The notes under the pieces were generated by a model that worked only from the letters and a program-made list of their open reading frames with translations, was not told the DNA's origin and did not search any database. From Chara braunii (taxonomy: Eukaryota > Plantae > Charophyceae), in assembly GCA_003427395.1 (NCBI GenBank), contig BFEA01000033.1, forward strand, positions 4,113,449 through 4,177,448: a DNA stretch of 64,000 nt. The letters run 5' to 3'. This document shows positions 1 through 13,339 of the stretch, in pieces (positions within the stretch are counted from its first letter, which is position 1; every line of letters starts with the position of its first letter). Both the position numbers and the translations under genes were made by a program.

Positions 1-1055
1 ACCGTCTTCCCGCATGTCACCACATGCGCTCTCGTAACCTCCTTTCCCCTCCACGTCCTTCTCTTCAGCGTGGCATGGCGCGAATATAATAATATAGAGG
101 TCTATTGCATAATCGCAGGTACCATCCCCTCATGCGAAGATTATGAGAACTTCAACGCCGCGATCCCCCGCACCCTCTGCACCCTCTACCCTAATTACCT
201 TGCCTCGCTCCCCCACCAAGACCATCGTTTCCCCCGCATCCACCGCACCGTCCACTACACTCGACTCCCCACTGGAGATCGAGAACTTCGTCGCTTTTTG
301 CCACCTCTTCCGCAAAATCACCCTCCTCCCCCACCTCCTGTCATAACATTACCCTTCCCCGGTAACCTGTAGATCCGGGGCCGACTCGTGCATGCCATAA
401 GGAAGACTTCCACACTCGTTCACACGGTAATTGGCATGAGCAGGATCGACACCGTGAGAATGCTGGACGGCGAGAAAGCAAGCAGGACCTTGCTCAAGAT
501 AGGAATCCCATGGGCGTCACATATGTGACGACCTGTTTTCCGCAACCGTGCGACTTTCTGCGCAAGGCTACTTCGAGGGTGGATTGAGAGGGGCCCACCG
601 AATTGCATGTATGCTATCGCCTTTTGGGAATTGTAATTTTCTCCTTCTTGATATCTTTGTGCGCATATTCTTCCCAATCCTATTGGCCTAAGCGATGCAT
701 GACCGGATCAATGTGTAGAGAGTGGTTACGTCCCCCGCACCGCAGCCCGGCCATGCAGTCGTAGGCACTACCTTCCTGCTTCTTCCCTCCCACTCAGATG
801 CAATCTCGGGTATCTTGCGCAAACGCTCACGCTATAAATTTTGCAAGTGCAATTAACTAGCTCTCTATGAATTTTGGAGTTCATGCGGTCGAGAGGATCG
901 ACTAACGAGCAAGCATCGGAAGGTGAGTAGAGAGTTGGTGCTGGGTATGCGGGGTTGACGTGGGGCCGCGATGGACTTGCTTGCATCCTCGGACTAAGCG
1001 GGTGACAACTCTGTGTGGGTGCGAGGCGACAGACTGCCCACATCGGGATACTGGG

Positions 1056-1110
<55 letters not shown>

Positions 1111-3314
1111 GGGATGTGGAGTGGTGCCTTTCCTCAATTTTGCTGAGTAATTTTGATGTTGGACGCAAGTCGTCCTCGTTTTTGGATCAACCACTCTCGG
1201 ATTTTTTTTTCTCGTGAATTGATATGTGATTCCCTTCCCCTCCTCCCTTTCCTTCCTTGGTTGGAGTCGTTGATTTGGGCTGGCTGATTCTCTACGTTAG
1301 TCCATGTATGTTTCCGGGTCGACGGGACGTCACGGTGTGGAGATCGATGCATATATGGTTTGACGGTTTTCTTTTCGTTTTGAACATGAATTGGATAGGC
1401 ATGCTAGTTAGTCAGACACCTGTTTCACCCAACAATCACCTATCTGCGGGCCATTGTCCAAGACCAGCCTGATCGACGGACACATCGGGTGCACATGGCG
1501 CAAGCGATTCTTGTTATCGGTTCGATCACTCTCGGATTTTTCTTCTCTTTGTAAAAGTAATGTGTGACTTTCACCCTCGCCTCACTCTTTCCTTGCTCGA
1601 ATTGTTTGGTTGATTACCTAGTCCGTATATGTCCTCTGATCTTCAAAACCGCTTAGTCAAATGCGTGGATGTTTGATGTTTCCTTTAATGTAGATTAGAG
1701 GCATGTCTCGTTTTGTGATCATCCTTCTTCGGGCTTGTGTGTAAAGATTGAGGACTGGCAGCCAATACCAACCTGACCGCAAGACAGCTCTCGTGCACGC
1801 ACGTGTAAGCCCGACCGAGAAAGGTCGTAACTTACACGCGTGTCTGGAAGATCTACCCCCGATCTGTCCCCGACTAAACACCCCAATGCCTGGACTCCCG
1901 CCCCAGCCCGCAAGATGAATATCGAGATTCCCTTCTGCATCACCGACCTCGAATGCATGAGGGATCGTGAATTCCGAGAGTATTGGGAGCACGTGTGTCT
2001 GTCTGCATGACCGAGGGAAGGACTTCCAGAATTTCCATACGCAACGGGAAACTAACGTATCTGCGAGTGGGATATTGATCGGGCCCTAGATTGTATTCCC
2101 CACCACCCCGAGTTTCCCAGCTCATACACATGTTACCTCGTCGTGGAACCCATAATAATTATTCTGGAAAAAGACTTCCCTCCCTATCACTGCATACTAC
2201 CCTTTCACTCTTTGACCATCGCCCCTTGACGAGCGCTCGCCCCCTACTGGCCCCAACCCCCGTGCTCAGAGAGCCTGCAGGACCACACTTACCGAGCGTC
2301 GGGCTTCGTCCGACGAACCCGCTCGGATGCCAAACGAAGCGAGCACATCCTTCGGCTGAGACCGTCTGCGCTTGATTCCGAAACCTGCGATACTCGTCGG
2401 CGAGAAATTGTGAACCAGCAAGATAGCCATAGCGTACCGGCGGTGCATAACATACGAATCCGACCCAGACGATGGGACTAACGGAGTTGATGGCTCCGCT
2501 CCCCGAAACGCAAAACAGGATCCCGACCCACGCCTACCTACTTACATACGTATTCCTGAGACTTGGCATAGGAGATCTCAGTTCTGACTTGGGACTCCAC
2601 CCCCACTTTCCTAAAATCCTTGGCACACCCCCTTTTTCACACTTTCAGGCGCGCTCTCACTCTGATCAGGAACTGACAGGAAGTCTCGTTGGGCGTGAGG
2701 TTGGGCATCACAGGGCAGTGTTGTCACATATTTAAGGGAATGGGTTCAACTCTGGCTAGAGACTTTGAGGGGGTTCTTGTATAGATAGGTCCACCATTCA
2801 CATGACAGTACAACTCTAGAATTTGGAATCATGGCATATACACATATACGACTGGGGTGGGCTGGGGTTCTCAAGGCTTCGCGCTTGTCCTTACCCGACC
2901 TTGCTATCCAGAACCATGGAAACATAGATAGCACACAGATAGCACAAAACACAGGATTCGTGAAAACTAGAGAAACAAAATGTTAGGTTTTCACGAAATT
3001 TCTCTAGAGTTCAAGAAGTGTGTGTTTCAAGCGCAATTGGAGCATCGTCATTCCACACGATCGAAAACGAAGCAAAAATGCAAGGCAAAAATACGTTCAC
3101 GAGAACTCCGTTATGAGGCGAGCGCGAAGCGGGTCTTTTTAACCACATTACCAGCCATCAAATGCACGTCGATTTTTAAGAACCAAAACGTCACAAAATT
3201 TACACATTTTTTCCCCCTTAGGAAAAAAAAATTCTTTTATTTGGCGGAAGTAGTTAAAAACACATGCTTAAACATTACACCAGAGAGTCGTAAATCATTT
3301 GGTGTTCAGATCAT

Positions 3315-4250
3315 AGATCTTTACGCATACTGACTTCAGTCCCAAATTGTCGTGTCAAGACTTATAATCTTATCTCACTGATGTTGAGATGATAGATCTT
3401 AAGGCATTCTGACTGTCAAGACTTGTAGCCCTTCACCACCGATGTCGAGATAACAGATCTTTAGGCATCTGACTACCAAGACTTATAGTCCTATATCGTT
3501 GATGTTGAGATGACAGATCTTAAGGCACGTTGACTAGCAAGACTTATAGTTCGATATCACTGATGTTTAGATGACAGATCTTAAGGCACACTGATAAGCA
3601 AGACTTATAGTCCTATATCGTTGATGTTGAGATGACAGATCTTAAGGCACGTTGACTAGCAAGACTTATAGTTCGATATCACTGATGTTTAGATGACAGA
3701 TCTTAAGGCATGCCGACTAACAAGACTTATAGTCCTATATCGTTGATGTTGAGATGACAGATCTTAAGGCACACTGATAAGCAAGACTTATAGTCCTATA
3801 TCGCTGATGTTGAGATGACAGATTCTAAGGCACGCCGACTAACAAGACTTGCAGCCTTATATTACTGATGTTGAGATGGCTGATCTTAAGGCATGCTGGT
3901 TGTCAGGACTTTTAGCCCTTTATGACTAATGTTGAGATGACAGATCTTTAGGCATGCTGACCATCAAGACTTAAACCCCAATATCACTGATGTTGAGATC
4001 ACAGATCTTTAGGCACACTGACCATCAAGACTTAATAGAGGATTCGTGAAAACTCATTAATAGAAAATGTTAGGTTTGAACGAATGTTTTTGCAATTTTC
4101 GGAATTCTTGCTGACTAACAAGACTTACAACCCTTTATCACTGATGCTGAGATAGCAGATCTTAAGGCATGCTGGTTGTCAAGACTTGTAGCTCTCTACC
4201 ATTGATATTGAGATGACAAATTTTTGGGGCATGCTGACCGTCAAGACTTG
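3315..4250 (+). repeat. Subterminal tandem array, ~61-bp unit x ~15
   Basis: Unit CAAGACTTATAGTCCTATATCRYTGATGTTGAGATGACAGATCTTAAGGCA.... Interrupted at ~4037 by a second TIR-like copy (GGATTCGTGAAAACT). Confidence 0.95.
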
Positions 4251-6768
4251 AACGAGTCCAAAAGGTTCAAAATTTTGAGACGTTTACAAGAAATCTGTCA
4301 AGTCTCATTTGCATAAAATTAAAGAATTCTTAAAAATGATTAAAGTATCAAATAATAAATGAAAATAAAGTCAGAGAAATTGTTATTTTAAAGATTTGTT
4401 GCACATAATTCATTAATATATTGTATTAATAATTACAGCAGTAGATATATATCTAGATTTAAATACATATACTAATTAAATTAGAATGCAGTTTATGAAC
4501 AATATGGAAACGAAGATGTCAGCAGGTGGTGGGTAAGATTATGATGACTAGTGTGGAAGCCAAGGCAATTTTATATAGACTGCTTGAGACAGAGATCAGG
4601 GCGTTATCGAGAAGCAGTGGCGGCAATATTTTTGCACTTACTACATAAAGCGGTGGTTGGACATTGGTGCAGGGAAGGTGCCGCTAAAGTGGTAGTGCGT
4701 TTTGAAGTGACGTTACCGTGGTGCTGCAGTGACGCCGTGACATTGGAGGCGAGTGACGGCGGCATTAAGACGATGTCGAGTTGTTGGAAGTGAATGTGTG
4801 TTGAGAGCGTCATGTGACAGGTGGTCGTCACAAGGGACTCGGAGTGGTGTGAATCACTTTGCTGACGACTTGTTGTGACGACCTTCTCATCTAAGGGCAT
4901 GATTCTGTACGATATTCTTGAGTGGGTCATTTTTTACAACTTCACCCAAGGTCAGTAAGTTAGTTTATTGACTCAGATTTCCTTTTATACCTGTGTGAAC
5001 CCACACTTTGCTTGACCCTGTTAATTGAATGTTCGTTGGAAAGGTAAAAGAAAGTTGTGTGAGTCATGCATGTGAATGAAGAAATCTGACTTGAGTATGG
5101 GAATGCACTGGTTTTCTCTTGAACTTGTCGTTTTTGCGTGTTGTGCAGGTAGGTAGAAGGGTGTTTGCAAAGGAGATTTATTATGTCTGTTGGAGAAAAA
5201 AGAAAAGGATTGTATTTTTTTTACTTCTCACCCGCCCGCATGCCAAAAATGATTCGATGTTTTGAAAAACTCTAATTCTGTATGCACCTCATAATGAATT
5301 CAATTGAAATAAAGCAGATAAGGTCAAACGAATTTAACTTTCTCCCCATGATGAATTTTTTTTATCCCGAATGGCCTTATCTATCTATGTCTGTCTAAAT
5401 AATACTCATTGTCTATCTTCTTCAGTTTCTTTTTCATCCAAGTTACCCAAAATTTATGAGTAATGAGAATAAAAGAAACCTACTTGTGGCGAACACGGTC
5501 TTTCTCTCTAGGAAGCATCTGAGGCGGGGGTTCGTATGCTTTCGGAGTCGACCCAGTTATCGACTTGGAGTGGACCCGATTCGTCGGGGATGGTGCTTTG
5601 CCGACTCGGTGGTGACGGCCCAACCTCTGAGATCCGAGTCTTCAGGCTCGGGCGAGGGGAATGAGTATCCACAAGACCACTTCCTAGAGGGATAGGTGCG
5701 TGTCGGAGACAAAAGAAGCTCAAGCCCGTAACAAGAAGTAGGTAATGAAGGTAATGATTTTCTTGGCACAGAGAAACGACTGGGGGTTTGTTGTTGATAT
5801 CCTAATGATGAAGGTGGATACTTCATCATTCAAGGAACGAGAAGAGTAATTATTGCCCAGGAGGACAAAACGACCAACACAAATTTTATTCGCTAAATAA
5901 TACTTTCCTCCGAGCAAGTTGCATATGGTATAGAGGTGTGGTCGAACCGAGAGTTCAAACTTCGGCCAGGAACCAAGTCACTTGTTGATCTGCATAGTAG
6001 CAGTGAAATTTACTTGCAGAAGTCATTCCTGGCAGGGTTTAATAAGCGTCAACAGACCCAACCGTAAGTTAAAGGTTAAGTTGTCCTTCCTAATCTTTCG
6101 TCAATATCGAGCCTCCGCTTTAGAAGCGGCGGAATAATAGTATCTTCAGTCATATAGGTTGGGAATAATAACTTTGGCAAATCATCTGATCAAGTCAAAA
6201 TTCTATCTTTTGTGATTGGATATAAAGTGTATTCATTTTATTTAGTTTGATCAGAGATTTTTAAAGGGACTAGGATTATTTTATGGGTTTCACATTTGGT
6301 TGAGAACGTCCTAGTCGACCGACATTCGTTCGAACCTAGGAGATCAGCGCTCTAGGGGACAAACAACGTTCGGGTCCACTTTGCGTTAACCAAGCTTACC
6401 TATACTCCAGCGAACGAGCAAACGTCCTCGGCTGGCCTACCTCTGCAAGTGCATGTAAAAGTTTTCGCACGTGGGTCAGTAGCTCAGTAGGGATACGCCC
6501 CTGAGGGTGGTGACAGCCCCTTAGGGAAGGCAAGATGTGCCCCGCGAAACCTATCATGTCGTAGGGGATCGTGGGATGTACAGCGGGCGCACCCGACTAA
6601 AGTGGCGACGGGACGACACCACCACGCCTGTCTCGACGGTTCACGGAGACGTCATGCGTCATTCCTGAGTTGTCTTTTGATTTCCTTTATTTTGTTTAAC
6701 TCCTGCGTGACATAGTTGGTAGGGCTCCCGAGCCTTGCAAAAAGGCGGGAGCCGATGCGCTTGACAGG

Positions 6769-6786
6769 TGGCGTCGTTGCCGGAGA
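6769..6786 (+). promoter_or_regulatory. Primer binding site, tRNA-Asp type
   Basis: TGGCGTCGTTGCCGGAGA versus the Athila-type PBS TGGCGCCGTTGCCGGGGA, two bases after the LTR end CA. Confidence 0.85.
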
Positions 6787-7051
6787 CAGCGACTATCTAC
6801 CGTTGTCTCTAGCGGAACGACACTCGTGTAATATTATTGAATAACATTTTGAAAAATATGATTGAATGTTGTTTACAACTTGGAATAGTCTAACCACTCA
6901 TTGTTTTGTTTGAAGAAGTGAGTGGTACGAATAATTCTTTTATCAGCCAATTAGAATTGATGTCCCTTGAGGTTATAAACTTTTCAAACTAACTTTTATA
7001 GTTATTTCTCCTATTTATTAACAAAAATTTTGCCTCTTGCAGGATATTATA

Positions 7052-7408
7052 ATGGCGAAAGGAACATTTGCTTATATGAGTCCTCTCTTTGAAAACAGCG
7101 AGGTCACCGAATTCTTATAAGCGTTTTAGAGTTTGGCAATGCGGATGAATTGGGAAGAGCACCATAAGTTTCTTTTCGTCTTGAATTTGATCACCGAAAG
7201 GTTAAAGTCTGATATTGAGCTTCTTCCGTGAGCGTCTGGGACTTGGGTTGAATTTGAGAGACAAATGTGAGTCAAGTTCTCGAAATCCCCTGAAGATAAG
7301 ATGTTGAAAGGTAAAAGGAAGTTAGATAACAAGTTTTATCAGTTAGAGCGACCTCGCAAGCTTACTAAAGTTGAAAGGGCTACACGAAATTTGGCTCGAG
7401 GAGGTTAA
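7052..7408 (+). pseudogene. Decayed gag-like ORF
   Basis: Hand translation MAKGTFAYMSPLFENSEVTEFL*AF*SLAMRMNWEEHHK...IELLP*ASGTWVEFERQM*VKF fits the Ty3/Gypsy capsid pattern (V..FL..F...A....W / W.EF). It follows the PBS and a pyrimidine tract with a CAG acceptor. Confidence 0.6.
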
Positions 7409-10400
7409 GGGACTTGTAAGAAAGCGAAGCAAGCTATAGGCCAACATGAGTCGCAGGAAAACATTCGCACTGATTCAGATGAGAATCTGAACCAGGATGA
7501 GTGTCCAACTCAAGGATTCAAGGCAAGCAAAACTTTTAGGATTCCCAAGCTTTGGAAATGCATATATTGTGGTTTTTGGGATCATAAAATAAGATTTTGC
7601 AGACGCCTTGATTACGATATTAGAGAGGGAATAGTAAGCAGGCGAGAAGGTGGAGTCTTCAAAGATTGGAACCATATACCCGTCTTCCCTATTAAAAAAG
7701 AAGACAAATTTATTAAGGACGTTTTGGTTTTACTGCATGTGATGGAGATTGAAAAATTAGAGTAAATATCATATTTCATCTTCATCCTTCGGTCGGTCGT
7801 CATTACTACTTGAGTCCGGGGTACTTTTAGGCACTATTGAAAGGTCGTTGATCTTATCATTTGGATGCCTCGGTTATCTTGGTCTTTGGTATAAAAGTTT
7901 CTAGATATTGGGAGGAAAGCACGACATGGGGAACTGACTTTGATCAAATATACTTGTGTATATTAATTGGATTTCTACGAGTGTTAATTTGAATTTTTTG
8001 GGTATTATGGAGTGAACATCGAGGGAGCTCTTACGTGACTTCAACTATGGGTTCACTATATTTTAGTTAATCAAGCGAACTCGTATCATTAATAATTGAC
8101 AATTCTTGTGAGATGGATGAACCTTTATATCGATAAAGGAAATGATTGAATCAGACTATTATGAAATTGCATGTGAAAACATTTATTCTGAATTGTCGTT
8201 AATTGTATTTTTGATGATTTGAATGTAATGGTTAATTGTTCGTTGTCATGTTATGATATCTTTTTTATGTAATTGTGAGCTCTGTAGGTGGTGGTGAGGC
8301 TCGCGTCGGAGCTGTACTCCTGGTTCATAGCGAGATGTTGTCTTCCGATCCTATGTGGTTTAAGAAAGGGAGGTTACACTATCATTTAAAGGGAGGATTG
8401 TGTTGTAGCCTTGTTAAAACACTGCTTATAGTAGAGGAGGCGATTACTGCTGGGTACGAGAGAAGGAGTAATTACCTAATCTCATATCAAGCAGGATCAC
8501 TTCACCTCCATGGCCAAGGTCTAACCAACCTGGGTTGTGTGGGGTGAAGATGTCTAGCTCTATAGAGAGTGGAATGATGAGGTCACGATGCTGTAATCGA
8601 AGGGAATGTGGAGAGGCTTGAATCTTAAGCGGTGTTCGATGTCGAGATGTTATCCTTAGAGAAGGTTAATAATAGTCGTATTTTTCATCACCACTTTACG
8701 ACACCCTATTACTTCAGGATGCAGCCTGCCTAAACTAGTGGTTTTCAGGGTCTTCGGACCTTTCACTACTTCAGGATCATTCAGGTCTGAAAATCCTTAA
8801 TGGTCTTGAAGTGGTGAAAGCTCCGAAGACCCTGAAAACCATCTGTTTAGGCAGGCTGCATCCTCAAGTGGTGAAGGGTGATTTTTATGGTCTTCGGACC
8901 TTTCACCACTTCAGGATCATTCAAGATTTTCAGACCGCCCAAAACTCTCACTTCACCACTTCAGGACACTCTTCACCACTTCAGGATGCAGCCTGCCTAA
9001 ACAGGTGGTTTTCAATGTCTTCGGACCTTTCACCACTTCAGGACCATTCATGATTTTCAGACTGCCCAAATTTCTCACTTCATAATTTTCATTCCTGAAT
9101 TTTCAGCTACCCGATAACCGCTTGTGGTTATCCTATGGAAAGGATTACACCACTCCTCGACGCATATCATAAGAGTTGAGAAACATCGGGCATAATAGCT
9201 ATGTGAGTTGTTTTCTCTCTGAAGTTGGAATAGGAAGAAATCATCGGCGAGGACTTTGAATGAACAGTTGCTCTCTGCATGGTTCGTTCAGACTGTGTCT
9301 GGACAACTTCTGACAGGTTGATCTATTGTGATATCAACCTGAAGGTTGTCGATTTTAGGTTTACCAGGGGCGGAATCTGGTAACCATTCAGAGAGACAAA
9401 ATTGTTGGTCGTAAGTGGGATGATGCTGGGACCATTCTGAAAATAATCCTCTATATTTTAGGCTTCCAGGGGCTGAATCTGGGTCCAAGTTTTCATTTTT
9501 AGGCTAGCCAGGGGTGAAATCTAGTACTATTTCAATAAATGAGTAGGAAACTGTTAAGTTTTAGGCTTCTAGAGGCTGAATCCAGTTTTATTTTGTTAAT
9601 ATTTAGGCTTTTGGAGGCTGAATCCAGTTTTGTTGTATTTATGTTGAGGTTGCTGGAGTCAAATCCAGTTTTATTGTTGTATTATATTAAGGCTTCCGGA
9701 GGCTGAATTCAAGTTGTTGGTGAAAGTTTCGGCTTTGTTCCGGACAATTGTTTTAGATTGTTGTGTGTTGTAATCGTTGTTTTCACATGAAAATGTCATA
9801 AGAGTCCTGACTTTGTATTTTTGATGGTGAACGACGGGGTCGTCGTTCAATGGGGTTTGGGAATGTTGTCAGGGCAAATACTACCCTAACAAGGTTAGGG
9901 TATTTGTCGGGGATTTTGAACGCTGGATACATTCATTGAATTGAAGGACTTGATGAGATTGACGTTCACGAAAAATCTTTTTAGGCTAACCTATGACTGA
10001 GAGACTAAGATGTTCTTTGGACTTTAGACTGGTCGCCTGCATCGCCCGAAAATAATGACGGAAGTTGACGGGTTCTGTTGAGGCCGCAGGGGCACGCGGA
10101 CCTAGAAAAACTATGGTTAGATCTATCCTACCTAAAATAATGTTGCTCGACCAATAAGCCGCACGATTCAGAGTCTACGAGGCTAATAGAGATCTCCAAG
10201 TTGAAGGCACCATGGTGGCCGAGAGGCGAGCGGCATGCTCTGTTAAAAGCTGAAGATCACCGTGGTTGATACATGCGGCCAACTTGATGGGGCAAGCAGG
10301 GCCGGCAAGGCCTCAAGCTGGCAAGGCAGCAGGGCCACAGGCACGCAGGGCCTGCAAGGCCACTGCAGAGGGGAATAGAGATTGGGCAGCCCTTCATATG

Positions 10401-10610
10401 GAAGAGCATGTCCCAACACATTCGTGATAGGAGTTAGCCTTGTAGGTTACAGTACAGGATTGTCACCCGGCAGATACTAGGATCGAATCGGAGGAACCGC
10501 ATCTCTTGGCTAGCTCCGTTTGGAGCTGCCCACCATGATTGCTGCCGGCGGAGTTGATTCCGAACGTTCGATCATGGAGATCGTGCGACCGAGAATCAGT
10601 CGCGCGGGGT

Positions 10611-10670
10611 AGATTAGCATGACCCCTGCGCAAGGATGACACGCATAAATCGAAAAAAAATGACCCAAAA
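10611..10670 (+). pseudogene. U6: U6 snRNA 3' half fragment inside the LTR
   Basis: AGATTAGCATGACCCCTGCGCAAGGATGACACGCATAAATCGA is nearly identical to the plant U6 ISL/3' region. The 5' stem and ACAGAG box are absent. Confidence 0.9.
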
Positions 10671-13339
10671 TGAATTTTGAGTCCATCAGGACTCGAACTT
10701 GGGTCTGTACCTCAGCAGATCGTGGGTACACCACGATGTGAAGTGACCGTTGGCAGAGCCAACGAGGTAAACGAAAAAAAAAAAAAAAATCGAAGTGTCA
10801 TTTGGCACGTCTAGAAGTGATTGGGGCGTTTTAAGCCCGAGTACTCTGACAGTGCTCGTAAAAAGGGCCACTATTTCGTCACGAGGTAAGTTTTTTTTTT
10901 TTNNNNNNNNNNNNNNNNNNNNNNNNNNNNNNNNNNNNNNNNNNNNNNNNNNNNNNNNNNNNNNNNNNNNNNNNNNNNNNNNNNNNNNNNNNNNNNNNNN
11001 NNNNNNNNNNNNNNNNNNNNNNNNNNNNNNNNNNNNNNNNNNNNNNNNNNNNNNNNNNNNNNNNNNNNNNNNNNNNNNNNNNNNNNNNNNNNNNNNNNNN
11101 NNNNNNNNNNNNNNNNNNNNNNNNNNNNNNNNNNNNNNNNNNNNNNNNNNNNNNNNNNNNNNNNNNNNNNNNNNNNNNNNNNNNNNNNNNNNNNNNNNNN
11201 NNNNNNNNNNAAAAAAAAAAAACAAACAAACTAAAACTAAAACGAGAACGTGAGGCGCCACATGGCGCCGCTAGAAGAAACTAGGGCGTTTTAGCCCCAA
11301 CAATTGCTGATTGCTCCCTGAAGAACGGGCGACAGTGGCAGAGGAAGCGGCTCCTTCCCCCAAAAAAAAAAAAAAAAAAAAGCGGTTCGTTTTTTTTTTC
11401 TTTCTTAGATTTTCGTTAGATTTTTGTTAGACTCTTTTTTTTTCCAATTAAAAAAAGAAAGTTCTTCTTCTTGGTGCACTGTGAACCCGTTCGTTATGAA
11501 CGAATGGGCAAAATTTTGACTGTCCCAGGCTGTTTCGTCGGACTTACACCGGCTCATCAAGGGGCTATGCCCCCACAACCCATCTTTGAATGGGCAAAAT
11601 GAGTGGGCTGCTGGGCGATGCCTGTACCCAGCGCTGTTTGCATCCGGGTAAAGGGGCGTTGAGTACGAACGAAGGGGGGGGAAAGGGGAATAAAGCCCTG
11701 ATAAGCTTAACTCCAGTGCGCCCCTGCAAATAAAGGGGCGGCCGCTCATTTCAAACGGCGAGCTGCCCCTGCATAGATAAACAAGGGGTAGGTAGGAAAA
11801 GATGGGAAAAAAAAAGGGGGGCGTCGCGAATCTAATTGCGACGCAGGGTCAGATGCAGGGGTAGAAGCATCTGGACTCTCAGTTGACAGCAGACTGTTGA
11901 AGTTGCTCTACTTGGCTCTATCTGGTCGGGGGTAGCGGCCAGATGCATTACCAAGGCCTGGAACTTGGTTCCCCTAGGGGAACATCAAGTTTCCCAGCCC
12001 TTGATCGCGTTTGAGATTGAGGGTCAGGCCTCACTCCGAATTTTGGCTTGGGGGGTAAGGCAGCTGCCCTCAGCCTCCAGCCAGCTATAAAACAATCAGC
12101 ACCCAGCCAGCCAGCATTCATTTGTGGCTGGTGCTGCTAGCGTTTCGTTTGGGTGAATGTTGGTTGTTGGAGGAGAAGCTTCTAGTTGGAGTGGAGAATT
12201 AAAAGAGGTGGAGGGTGGAGATCTGCAGGAGGATTGAAGTTCGAGCAGCCATAGCCACCACTTCACTTTGTGAAGTGCTGGGGTTATGTTGCACATGGCA
12301 GCCATAATTGGAGAAGTGCTGAGGAGATGCTGCGCGGTTGCGGCAATGACAATTTTTTGTTGACGTACTGCGGGAGTGCTGCCGAAATTTTTCGGCGGCA
12401 ACTGTGATTTTTTTGGCAGTGGCGTTGAAGCGCTGCCGGATTTTGCGGCAGTGAGACCGGTTTTAAAGGCAGTAGTGCGGAAGCGCAGCCGGTTTTTCAC
12501 GGTAGTGGCCGCATTATTTTTGCACTGACTACATAAAGCGGTGGTTGGGCATTGGCGCAGGGAAGGTCCCGTTGAAGTGGTAGTGCGTTGTGAAGTGACA
12601 TAAACGGCGTCGCAATGACGCTCTGACATTGGAGGCGAGTGACAGCGGCATCGAGACGTTGTCCAGTTGTTGGACGTGAATGTGTGTTGAGAGAGTAATA
12701 TGGCAGGTTGTCGTCACAAAGGAGTGGTGTGAATCACTTTGCTGACGACTTGTTGTGACGACCTTCTCATCTAAGGGCGAGATTCCATACGGTTTTTTTT
12801 AGTGGGCCATTTTTTACAACTTCACCTAAGGTCAGTCAGTTAATTTATTGACTCAGATTTCCCTTCACATCTGTGTGAACCCACACTTTGCTTCACCTTG
12901 TTCATTGAATGTTCATTGGGAAGGCAAAGGAAAGTTGTGTAAGTCATGCTTGTGAATGAAGAAGTCTGACTTAAGTATGGGAATGCACTGGTTTTCTCTT
13001 GAACTTATCGTTTTTACGTGTTGTGCAGATAGGTAGAAGAATGTTTGCAAAGGGGATTGATTATGCTTGTTGGAGAAAAGAGAAAAGGATTGTCTTTTCT
13101 TTACTTCTCACCCGCCTGCATGCCAAAAATGGTTCGATGTTTTGAAAGACTTTAATTTCGTGCGCACCGCAGAATGAATTCAATTCAAATAAAGCAGATA
13201 AGGTCAAACGGATTTAGCTTTCTCCCCATGATTGACTTTTTCTATCCCGAATGACCTTATCTACCTATGTCTGCCCAAATGATCCTCGTTGTCTATCTTC
13301 TTCAGTTTCTTTTTCATCCAAGTTACCCAAAACTTATGA

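Noticed and set aside
70-2900. Short ORFs at the start of the window
   Set aside because: No recognisable domains; probably decayed repeat DNA.
10430-10492. tRNA-like sequence with A/B boxes upstream of the U6 fragment
   Set aside because: No convincing cloverleaf, and the boxes are not conserved in the homologous LTR copies at ~22375 and ~30680.
10611-10670. Functional U6 snRNA gene
   Set aside because: The 5' half including the ACAGAG box is missing, and the fragment is embedded in a repeat.
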